DNA from: Heterodontus francisci
Taxonomy: Eukaryota
Reading direction: 5' to 3'
Length of the DNA stretch: 64,000 nucleotides
NCBI RefSeq assembly: GCF_036365525.1
Contig: NC_090418.1
Coordinates: forward strand, 14,198,248-14,262,247
Each line of letters begins with the position of its first letter. Positions within the stretch are counted from its first letter, which is position 1. Of the stretch, positions 13,255 through 24,276 are shown in pieces. The notes below the pieces were generated by a model. It had not been told where the DNA came from, did no database searches, and saw only the letters and a program-made list of their open reading frames with translations. The position numbers were made by a program, and so were the translations under genes.

Positions 13255-14156
13255 TTATCGGATTAATTTGAAAATCATTGTAAGAGGATATTTAACTCCA
13301 TTTATCAATTCCTGCCTGTATTTTCTTTGGGTCACTGCATAAATAAACGTGTTTGTGCAGCAACTCAAGAGCTGGAGCATGAAGCCTATCTCTTGAACAA
13401 ATGTTGGCAGGGAAACAGTAACAAGGTACCAAAAGTATTCCAGTCGTTTCAAAATGGAACAAACCATAAACAACACCCATAACAATATGAAATTCGCCGA
13501 TATAACGAACAGTAAAATCATGGATTTTCTTCGGTTCGCCATCTCTGGGTCACTGGGACTGTCCCCTCTGCTCCCACCCCGGAGCCGCCTGCGGGCTCTA
13601 CTGGTCACTATAATGTTTCTGACCGTCAGTGCATTGAATAGTAGAATCAAAATAAATGGAATAAGAGGTGTTAAAATGTAATGCATTAATTCCGTAACAG
13701 CCCAGGCCTGTGAGTGTGATACAGCTGATGCCACGAAGCAAAACCAGGGACTGTTTGAAATCGTATATTTAGATTCATACAGAAAATACCAAAAAATGTT
13801 CTTCAAACAGCTCAGTGCAGTCACTGTTCCGAGAACCACAGCGGCTGTTTTCTCTGTACAGTATTTCGTTTTCAGCTTCTGACAACAAATGGCTACAAAT
13901 CGATCAAAGGAGAATATGACGGTAAACCAGACAGAACAGTCTGTGGCGGCATAAAGCAGGACAGCGTGGATATCACAAACTCTAACGTAATACAGAAAAG
14001 CAGATTGTTCCCGATAAACAATTGGAATCTGCCTGAGGATCAGATCGAAAATAATGACCAATAGATCTGCCGCTGCCATGGCTACGAGATAGCAGGTGAC
14101 ACATTTGGAGAGACCACACTTTCCCCGAGACAGGATCACAATCGTCACCACGTTAG
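13255..14156 (-). CDS. GPR139/GPR142-like class A GPCR, copy 2, coding exon 2
   Basis: Open 902-nt exon after acceptor ttctgcttacAG; 22 aa differences from copy 1 in the 298-aa ORF; same TM motifs. Confidence 0.92.
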
Positions 14157-14636
14157 CTGTAAGCAGAAGTGAATCGTAAATTACTCATCAAACACCGCAA
14201 TAATAGAAGTTTGACGTGCTTCGGTGAAATAACGGAAAAGGATGTGGAATACGTCTATTCACGTTCTTCACAATAAACTGAAATTCGGAGCAAAAATATG
14301 ATGGTATCTGTTATCTTATCTGTGACACAACATCCTGTATATATATTTTGCAATCACAGTAATCTGTAATGAATCGGCAGTTAAATGATGCAAAGGGATC
14401 AAATAAAACAAGGTTACAATAGTAAGTCAATTTAGATTAAATAGATATAGGACAAAAATCTGGAGCTACACTTCCATATGGACAGTGGAAAGTGATTAAG
14501 CTATTCAACCACTTGGACTTGTTCCGCCATTCAAATATTTCGCGGCTGATCTTTATCTGAACTCCATCCACACCCCACGGATTCTTAATCCCGGGCAAAA
14601 AAAATACTACCAATCTCAGTTTTGAAACATTCAATT

Positions 14637-14980
14637 CGGCACAGTGGCGCAGTGGTTAGCACCACAGTCTCACAGCTCTCGGGACCCTTGTTCCATTCTG
14701 GGTACTGCCTGTGTGGAGTTTGCAAGTTCTCCCTGTGTCTGCGTGGGTTTTCTCCGGGTGCTCCGGTTTCCTCCCACAAACCAAAAGACTTGCAGGTTGG
14801 TAGGTAAATTGGCCATTATAAATTGTCACTAGTATAGGTAGGTGGTAGGGAAATACAGGGACAGGTGGGGATGTTTGGTAGGAATATGGGATTAGTGTAG
14901 GATTAGTATAAATGGGTGGTTGATGGTCGGCACAGCATCGGTGGGCCGAAGGGACTGTTTCAGTGCTGTATCTCTAATCT
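14637..14980 (+). mobile_element. HE1-like tRNA-derived SINE in intron of copy 2
   Basis: A box TGGCGCAGTGG, body gtgtggagtttgcaagttctccc, CR1-like tail gggccgaaggg..gtgctgtatctctaa; absent at the paralogous site (~4750). Confidence 0.9.
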
Positions 14981-15528
14981 AATTTACCTCGTCTAAATGG
15001 CTTTGTCAGGGGAAATTTTCCAGATTTCCACTGCGCATTGACTGAATCGGATCGAAATCATGACTATTAAGAACACAACAATAATTTGATTGACATCAGT
15101 GAATGAGAGCTCACATCCATGGAACACAGGTCACAATCAAATATACATGCTGAGAAAATAGAAATAATTGCACAAACTGAAAAAAGACAGAAAGAAAGGG
15201 AGAGATAAAGCATAACGAATTTTGAAGCAAAGAAAGGATTAAAGAAGGAAGGAAGGGAAAAAAGAAAGAAGGAAGGGAGGAAAGAAAGAAAGAAAGAAAA
15301 AAAGGAAGAAAGAAAGAAGGAAGAACTCGCATCTATTGACACTAAACGGAAAATCCGGTCATGCAAAACACTTGACTGCCAGTGAAGTACCTTTCCCATA
15401 TATTCACGGTTGCAGTCACGCTTGCGATATAAGTAATGTCATACAATAAATTTCTGGACGTGCAGACTCAGATATTACATGCTGCTAAACTCCAGTTACT
15501 GAAGTACCAGTTCCAGGTAGCAACTTAC

Positions 15529-15625
15529 TCGGGAGAGCAATCGCAGCCAAGATGGGGAAGTAAATCTTTTCTATATCATTAAGCGCCCAAAGAATTTTGA
15601 GTTTTATCAGGAAACTAAGAGACAT
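15529..15625 (-). CDS. GPR139/GPR142-like GPCR, copy 2, coding exon 1
   Basis: ATG at 15625, MSLSFLIKLKILWALNDIEKIYFPILAAIALP, donor A|GTAAGT at 15528, 97 nt. Confidence 0.85.
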
Positions 15626-16609
15626 TATTTTCCCTTTTGGTAAGAGTCGATGATTCGATGTTGTTGATGCTGGAAGAAATTCTCCAATTGACACATTGTG
15701 AGGATCTCCATTCTTTATAGGAGAAAACAAAAATCCATTAGGTCAGATAATTCGATTCCTTACAGTCACTGAACAACCAGATGAAGTCAACAGCTTTCAC
15801 TCCAGGATTGTTTAAAAATAACAGCAGGATTTCGAAATAGACATTTCCTTGAAGACCGGGTTAAAGCTGTACCTTCATTCACTCATACAAGTCCCACAAT
15901 CCACGAAGTATTTCACTGATGTCTTTTCCCAAAAATAATGCTCCTAGACAGTGGATTTGCCCAGTGTCATCAAATAAAAGCCCGAACAAATGTGTTCCTA
16001 TTCGAGAGGATCAACCAAAGAAGAACTTAAGTAAAAAGCAAAACATAAGAATTTTAATATCTGAAATAATAATATTACTGACAGTTTCCATCAAGCCCTC
16101 CGTACCTGCGGTGCAACTTCAAAAAGATGCTGCCTGTTTTACTGATTGTTTGCAGCATATTTTTCTTATCATTCAGATTCCCAGCTTCCACAATATTGCT
16201 TTCGTTTCAAGAATTTAAAAACATTTCCTGGATATTTATTCTGGGCTGCTTCTTGTACAAAATGAATTGATTCAGAAAGCATCTTTTCCAGTTGATGATA
16301 CCGGTGAGAATATATATGTCTTACACGAAAGAAAGAAGGAAGGAAAGAAGGAAGAAATCTAGTCACATTTTATTGTGGGCACTATTGTAACAATTGCTGG
16401 CTACAGTTAAGAGCCGACTCTTGGAAATTATTGATGCGTGATTCTTCTGAATTTTAATTAAAAGTTTAATATTCCTGCTTAAGAAACAGGGAGACAGATT
16501 TGAAACTATCACATCAAGTGTTTGCACGTCATCCTTACACTGCCAAAGTACAGGGTTTTGAAAATATTGGATGGTGATTATCTCAACAAGTGTAACTGAC
16601 GTTTAGCGA

Positions 16610-17445
16610 ATTACTTGTACTTCTTTCACTGTCGTATATTGTATTCGCTGCTCACAGTGTGGTCTCCTCTACATTGGGGAGACCAAGCGCAGACTGGGTG
16701 ACCGCTTAGCGGAACATCTCCGCTCAGTCTGCAAGCAGGACCTTGAGCTTCCGGTTGCTTGCCATTTCAACACTCCCCCCTGCTCTCATGCTCACATCTC
16801 GGTCCTGGGATTGCTGCAGTGTTCCAGTCAACATCAACGCAAGCTCGAGGAACAGCATCTCATCTACCGATTAGGCACACTACAGCCTGCCGGACTGAAC
16901 ATTGAGTTCAATAATTTCAGAGCATGACAGCCCCCCACTTTACTTTCATTTTTAGTCATTTTTAGTTATTTTTCCTTCCTTTTTTTTTTACATTCCTTTT
17001 TACATTTTTTACAATCTTTTTTTGCATTTATTTCATTTCATCTTTGTTTGTTCAGTTTGCTTACCCACTGTTTTTTTCAGGTTGTTTTTCTTCAAGTTTG
17101 CACTTACTGCTGTTCAATATTTAGTATATTCACACCTAATCTGTGCTGATGCTTTGACTTTCAACACACCATTAACATATTGTTTGCCTTTGCTCCGTGA
17201 CCTTTTGGTCAGCTATGTGGCCTGGTCCAATCTGCACCTTCTCCTTTGTTATCTCTTGCCCAACCCCCACCTCACTTGTTTATAATCTGTGACTTTTCTA
17301 ATAGTTGTCAGTTCCGAAGAAGGGTCACTGACCCGAAACGTTAACTCTGCTTCTCTTTCCACAGATGCTGCCAGACCTGCTGAGTGAATCCAGCATTTCT
17401 TGTTTTTGTTTCAGATTTCCAGCATCCGCAGTATTTTGCTTTTAT
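16610..17445 (+). mobile_element. 5'-truncated Penelope-like element (GIY-YIG end plus 3' region)
   Basis: Encodes VVYCIRCSQCGLLYIGETKRRLGDRLAEHL; absent at the paralogous site ~6362. Confidence 0.92.
17310..17346 (+). ncRNA. Minimal type I hammerhead ribozyme motif of the PLE
   Basis: AGUU-CCGAAGA-A-GGGUCA-C-UGACCC-GAAAC-GUU-AACU: stem I AGUU/AACU, core C(U>C)GANGA, stem II, GAAA, palindromic short stem III, GUU cleavage triplet. Confidence 0.7.
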
Positions 17446-19194
17446 CTTAACTGGTGGAATTGTCCAGTTACTGATTCCAAATCTTGTGCCTCTCTCCATC
17501 TTCGAACAAAGTGTGCCCTAATTTCCCTGCTTATTATCTTGAACGAGCAACACTGGCAACCTCCACCCATTTTGTGCATTTCTTTATTCCTTCTTTGGTC
17601 GTGAGTGTCGCTGGCCATACCAGCATTTGTTTTCCATCCCTAACTGCCCTTGAGTCGCTGGTGGTGTGCCTCTATCTTGAACAGTGGTTCTCCAGATGAT
17701 GCATGTACACCCATAGTGCTGTTATGGAGTAAGTTTCTGACTTTGGATCAGCGATATTGAAGCTTTACCGATATAGTTCCAAGTCGGGATGGTATGAGGC
17801 GTGGAGGAAAACTTTCCATGGCATCACCAATATCTTGCCCAATCATTTAGCCTGTGCTTAACGCATTGTAGACTCCTTACTTCCTCCATACAGCTTACCT
17901 TCCCAGCCAACCTTGTACAGTCAGCAACCTTGGATATAATACACACAGTACTCTCATCTCAGTTATTAACATGGATAGAAAATAGCTGCAATCCAAGCAC
18001 AGATTCTTGTGGTGTTCCTCTAGTTGCACTCCACCATCCCAAAAATTACATGTTTAATCCTACTCACTGCTTTCTGTCTGTTCTGTCGGCTAACTAATTA
18101 TCAAATCAAGTGAGTGTCTTACCCCGAATCCCATGAGCCCTAACCTTGTGAAAGTACCACTTGAGTAGCATCTTATCCAATTTTGTCAGAAACCCCAAGC
18201 ATCATGCAGCCACTGATTATCGCTCACCAACAGAGCTAGTTACACCCACAAATAAAAACAATGAACAATTTGTTAAACATCGTTTTTATTGTTTCACGTA
18301 CTTAACATTATATTATAGCATTTTGCCGAGTTATAATCTCAGGCTAACTAGCCCATAGCTCCATACTTCCTCTCTACACCCTCGCTATGATAACGGTATT
18401 ACATTTACTACTTTCGAATCCCAGTGGACCTTTCTGGAACATTGGGAACTGTGGAGACTAAAATGAATGCATCCAGTACCTCAGAAGCCACCAGTTGACT
18501 ATCAAATGCGAAGGATCTATCGGCTTTTTGTCCCATGAACTTATGCTTTAAGAATATTAATTTGGTTAATTTCTTCATACTCACTAGATCCTTGATTTTC
18601 TACAATTTTCAACATGTTCCATCTGCCTTCTAATGTGAAGACTGATACAAAATATTTGTGGAACGTCTCTGTGGTTATTCTTAACTTGTCCAATTATAGA
18701 TTGCAATGCCATTTTTCAAGTGGAGCTTTTATTCCTCAACGGAAAGTATATTCGATAAGAGGTGTGATGTATTTCTTTAAACGTTTCCCATTGCATACTT
18801 GCGTTCATTAAAAAAAACATCTAATTTGTCCCGTTCTCTGTAGAGTGTCAGTAGCTTCTTGTTTTCCACCTGAGATGGCAGATGGGGCCTTGGTTGAGGA
18901 GTTAGAAGCGAAAGAAACCGATGGTATTAAACGATTATTAATTCACAGGTAAATAAGTTCATTGACTCTTAGGCCGAACGCGTTGATAAATACGTAAGAG
19001 GTGGAAATAAAGTGTCCGCTACAGAGCAAGAAAACAAATATTTGGATTTCTATCGTGCCTTTCCCTATCTTTCATTCCCAAGCTATTTCTAATCAATGAA
19101 GTATGGTCAGCTCAGCGAACCAATAAAGGCGGAAACCTATTTGCACACAGCAAGCTCCCTTAAAAAGAAGCAAAGCGAGAACAATGAATGGCTG

Positions 19195-19545
19195 CAGAGT
19201 CAAGCCGAGAGAGAGTTTATGACTGAATGAGAGAACAGGATTACTTCTGACAGAGCCAAAAAGCGTGAGACGAAGCAAGAGTCAGATAGGCAGAGAGAAA
19301 CACTTAGAAAGCGAGAAACAGAGTGAGAGAGAGTGAACGATCTATATAGAGAGAAAGAGTTAGAAAAAATGACTGAAAGACAGAGTACCAAGTACAGGGA
19401 GAAATACAGAACTCAAAACTGGAAAGAGAGAAAGCGAAAAAGGGAGCGTGAGAGACAAAGATTCAAAGAGACGTAGTGAGGTAGGGAAAGAAGTGCACAG
19501 GATGAGAGAGAGAGAGATAAAGATGCAGAGAAAGAAACAGATAGA
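19195..19545 (+). repeat. Degenerate (GA)n-rich low-complexity tract
   Basis: Direct reading. Confidence 0.8.
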
Positions 19546-19747
19546 TATTCTGTTAGTAAGTCATTGACTGTTTACTCGAAATGTTCGAAGTCTACAGATG
19601 TGACTTTCAGCCCCCTGAGTGTTAGGAAAGCAGTTTAAGAGGTGATGCCCTGTGCACCCCTTTTCTGTGGCAGTGGTCATGTTGTGGGCAGTCAGACATG
19701 GGCAGGATGCAAAGTGAATAAAAAAAAGATTAAACCGGTAATTAAAT

Positions 19748-19890
19748 TGAAGCAAATTACTGCAGAAGCTGGAAATCTTAAATAAAAGGGGCGAATTCTA
19801 GAAAACTTCTGGCAGTCTAGGGCAGCAGCAGTGGAGAGGGAAACAACGCTACCGTTTCAGCTCGATGACCTTACATCAGGACCGGGTTAA
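19748..19890 (-). mobile_element. Old PLE 3' remnant with decayed hammerhead
   Basis: Minus strand CTGATGTAAGGTCATCGAGCTGAAACG followed by agatttccagcttctgcagtaatttgc. Confidence 0.55.
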
Positions 19891-20606
19891 GTTAGACGTT
19901 TAACGGTGTATAAGCAAGTACAAAGCCAAGGAAAAGAAGGAAAATAAGATTAAATATTAGGAATCTGTGCTTCCTTCAGGATTTTAACTTCTTGCTGCTT
20001 TTTCCCGACATTACAAAGCTGAGGGCACATCACAGAGAGAGACATATTGGCTTTGAAATGAATAGATCCTTCCTGTCAATTGAATGCGGATCTTGCAGCT
20101 TCCCAGAACCGAACGGCCTCAGCAACATTTGTGGGTTATGGAGATTCCTGCCTGAGTAGACAGTTCAAAGAGTGTCTGATATAAATCAGATGCGATAACA
20201 GTATCAGGACGTCTCTTTCTGATTTAGGACTCTTACCTCTGTCTAGCATTTCGCTGTTACAGACTGAATTTTATTTCATTTCATCTGTCTATCGGTGACA
20301 GTGCAGCTCAATGGCATTTCTGGCCCGTCTCTCCTTTCACAATTTATCAGTGCCGAGAAAACTATGTTGAATATTCCACACATGTTGTATTCTGTAACTT
20401 TTCCTAATCGCTTGAATGCTTTTCGCACCATGAACAGCACTGTGGAGATTTATTTGTTTACAAACACTTCAGCAGAATATTAACATAATCTGAGCTCAGA
20501 GATCTGGCCGGCGCCATTCTCACGATGCGGATTGAGAAAGAGGGACAAATCCACCAGGTTTATATTTTATTCCAAAGCAACGACTCAAAAGTTAGTTTGC
20601 CGTGAG

Positions 20607-20654
20607 GCTGAAATAGCTCAATGGGGAGAGGGTTAGAATGATGATTTAAAGGTC
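20607..20654 (+). pseudogene. Truncated tRNA-Phe pseudogene (5' two-thirds)
   Basis: GCTGAAATAGCTCAATGGGGAGAGGGTTAGAATGATGATTTAAAGGTC vs vertebrate tRNA-Phe GCCGAAATAGCTCAGTTGGGAGAGCGTTAGACTGAAGATCTAAAGGTC; T arm missing, anticodon mutated. Confidence 0.8.
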
Positions 20655-22616
20655 TTGAGCTTAGGCAGTTCTCATTCATTTCATGCCTCTTTCCTTGGGT
20701 CAGATTTTGAGCTGCACAACTTATCCGACACTGCAGGTTTGAATTTGAACAGAGACGGGAAGGATGAGAGATATTTAGATCACCGGTATTTAGTTTATTC
20801 TCTAATTCCGCCATTTTCTCTGGTTTGTGTCTATCTCGGTGCTGGATGAACATTTGACTTGCTGCATCTGTCCGAAACTAAAACATTCATCACATTTCGT
20901 GGCTGTCAAACTTGCTTTGTTCGTCTGTAACTTCTTGTTACCATTTATGGCAACAGGCCATGAGTTCAACATTGATCAGCAAATGCTAGATAATTAAAAA
21001 TAATGCTGTGTTAATCCAATCCAACGACAAAAAAAAACAACTGATGTCATTCAAAATACGTTCCCTGTGACATTAGGTTTGTTTTGGTATGCTTCAACAG
21101 AGTGCATTTTACATGTTAGAAAAAATTCGTAAACTTCTGACAGTGCAGACGGGGGGAAAGTCAAACTTGGTTTTATTAACACCGTACTCTAACCAACTGA
21201 ACAAAACGGCGGTATGGACAGAGTTGTGAATGAGTCACAGGAGTAGGTCATTTAGTTCCTAGAGACTTTCCACCAATCAATGAGATCATGGATAATCTGC
21301 GACCCATCTCCATATAACCACCTGTGACCCATTCCTCTTAATCCCTGTGATTGAAAGAAAAGAAGTTGATTTACTTCAGTTTTAAAATGAACAATTGATC
21401 GGACATCAATTGCTATTTGCCGAAGTGAGTTACAAACTTCTAGCATCCTTTGCATGAAGAAATGTTTCTTAATTTCACTCCTGAAAGGTCTGCCCATAAT
21501 GTTTTGACTGTGCCCCCTAGTCTTAGAGGCACAAACTAACACATATACGTCCTCGTATTCTACCTCATATTTTCCCCTTAATAAATTTAAAAAAATCGAT
21601 CACCTCTTAACCTTCTAAATTCTAGTTAATTTCAGGGAATACATCACTAGTTTGTTTAATTGCTCCCCGAGTTTAACTCTTGAATTCTAGCGATCATGCT
21701 AAATCCATGCTACACTCCCTTCAAGGTCAATATATTCTTTCTCAGGTGAGGCGCTGAGAACTGCTCACTTTCTTTCAAGTATATCGTACAGCTGAACATG
21801 ACTGCTATCCACTTGCATTCCAATACTCTAGATATAAATGCCAGCATTTCACTAGCCCCTTTGAATATTTTCTGTTCCTGCTGATGACATTTTAATGATC
21901 TGCATTCATAGAAACCAAGGTCCCTTTGGTGCAATTTTATCTCTATGGTTCACGTGTGCACAACAACAATCTGCAAGGTACCGTGCATTGAAATAAACAG
22001 GCCGCTCACACAAGTGAGCACGAGGGGAAGATGGCATGGAGACGATGGAGCCAGGGATGGGCAAGAAACCCCAGTGAAAAATGCTGAAGCGGCTGAAAGA
22101 GAGCATGAAAGGCGCAGTCATAATTGTAGGACCAGAAATTGTGGGAAACAGGGATTTTGTGTTCAGAGGAGCAGCAAGCACGGGAGAGAGGGAATATGTG
22201 ATTCGAGGATCATTGAATGGGGGAGAGAGGGTATCTGATTGGAAGTGCAGAGAGAATGGGATTGCGATATTTGTGATGACAGGAGAAAAGAGTTTGGGGG
22301 TGGAGTTGTGGCTACAAGTGGACATCCCGTGGCGGGATGTGCGGCAGGTAAGGAATTGCACAAAGCTTCAGAGTCCCGAGAGAGACTGAGCTTAAGAAGT
22401 CGAAAATGCTTTGGATTCATTAGTTAATGCTTGTGGGAGGCTGAGACACTCCCCTCGGTAGCCGGTCAGTCTGTGAATGGAGGGACTGAGCTGAATGAAA
22501 GAGATGGGGCCAACACAGCGTCTGGCTGCCAGCGAGTCTCAAGAGGGCTCACCATTCAGCAGCTCTCAGTGGCCCATGGTTCAATCTGGAACAGCCTAAA
22601 AAGTCCCACAGCAATC

Positions 22617-22974
22617 TTTTTAAAAATTCATTCATGGGATGTGGGCGTTGCTGGCTAGGCCAGCATTTATTGCCCATCCCTAATTACCCTAACTGAGTGG
22701 CTTGCAAGGCCATTTCAGAGGGGATGTAAGAGTCAACCACATTGCTGTGGGTCTGGAGTCACATGTAAGCCAGACCAGGTAAGGATAGCAGATTTCCTAT
22801 TCGAAAGGAGATCCGTGAACTTTATGGGTTTTGCAACAATCGACAATGGTTTCATGGCCATCATTAGACTAGCTTTTTAATTCCAGATTTATTAAATCCC
22901 CATGTCCCCAAAGCAATACCCTGGGTCTCTAGGTTACTAGTCCAGTGACAGCACCACTACGCCACCGCCTCTCC
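22617..22974 (-). mobile_element. tRNA-headed SINE sharing head, body and tail with LINE-A
   Basis: Minus strand GGAGAGGCGGTGGCGTAGTGG..caagccactcagtt joined to agggtaattagggatgggcaataaatgctggcctagccagc..atgaatgaa. Confidence 0.9.
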
Positions 22975-24276
22975 TGTTGCAAATGGGGAGGCGCTGGAGT
23001 AGTGGTATTGTAATTGGACTATAGATCAAAAAAACACGGTATTGCTCTGTGGACTTTGTTTCGAATCAAACCACAGCAGAAGGTGGAATTTGAATTCAAT
23101 TAATAAATCTGGAATTAAAAGCTCGTCTAATGTTGGCCATGAAACCATTGTTGATTGTTGCAAAAACCAGTCTGGTTAAATCACCTCCTTCAGAGAAGAA
23201 CATTGTCTGTAAGGTATGCTTCCATGAGTATGACTATGTCAGGCTGCTGCTTGACGAGTCTGTGGGACAGCTCTCCCTACATTGGCACAAGCCCACATAT
23301 ATTATTAAGGAGGTATTTGCAGGGTCGACAGGGCTGGGCTATCCTTACCTGATCTGGCCTACATGTGACTCCAGACGAACGCAATGTGATCGATATTTAT
23401 ATGCCCTCTGAAATGGCCTAGCAAGCCACTCAATTGTGCCTTACTGCGACAAAGTCAATAAAAGAGAATGAAATCGGATGGAAGATCTGTCATCGACCTA
23501 GGCACCTGAAATGACAACGGCAAGCCCAGCCCTGTCCACCCTGCAAAGTCGTCCTTAATAACATCTGTGGGCTTGTGCCAATGTTGAGAGAGCTGTCCCA
23601 CAGACTAGTCAAGCAGCAGCCTGACATGGTCATACTCCCGGAAGCATACCTTACTGACAATGTCCCAGACCCAATCATCGCCATCCCGGCATATGTCCTG
23701 ATCCACTGGCTGGACAGACCCAGCAGAGGTGGCGATGCAGTGGTATACAGGTGGGATGGAGTTGACCTGGGACTCCTCAACATCGACTTTGGACCCTACG
23801 AAGTCACATGGCAACGTAACGTCCTGCTTAATACCATCTACTGACCTCCTTCAGCTGATCAGACAGTACTCCTCCATGTTCAACACGACTTGCAGGAAGC
23901 ACTGAGGTCGGCAAGAGCACAGAATGTGCTCGGGATGGGGACTTCAATGTTCATCACCAAGAGTGGCTCGGTAGTACCACGACTGGCCGAGTTCCAAAGG
24001 ACATAACTGCTAGAGTGGGTAAACGGCAAAAGGTGAGGGAAAAACATACTTGACCTTGTCCTCATGAATCTGCCTCCGACAGATGCATCTGTCCATGACA
24101 GTATTGGTAGGAGTGACCACCGCACAGTCCTTCAGGAGACAAAGTCACGCCTTCACATTGAGGATACTTACAATATGCTAAATGGGATAGATTTCGAACA
24201 GATCTAGCAATTTCAAACTGAGCATCCATGAGGCGTCGTGGGCCAGCAGCAGCAGCAGAACTGTACTCAACCACAA

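Larger units (their letters stand above)
9547..22207. repeat. Segmental duplication unit 2 (true start may be ~8988-9114)
   Basis: Colinear with 1-8987; carries an extra SINE (14637), PLE (16610), a ~340-bp block (~12880-13220) and a ~2.1-kb block (~18986-21130). Confidence 0.93.

Noticed and set aside
19115-19150. CCAAT / GGCGGAA / octamer-like promoter cluster
   Set aside because: Short motifs with no linked gene; could be chance.
21945-22600. Overlapping ORFs of 75-151 aa
   Set aside because: No recognisable domain or splice structure; frames differ from the paralogue at 8730-8987.
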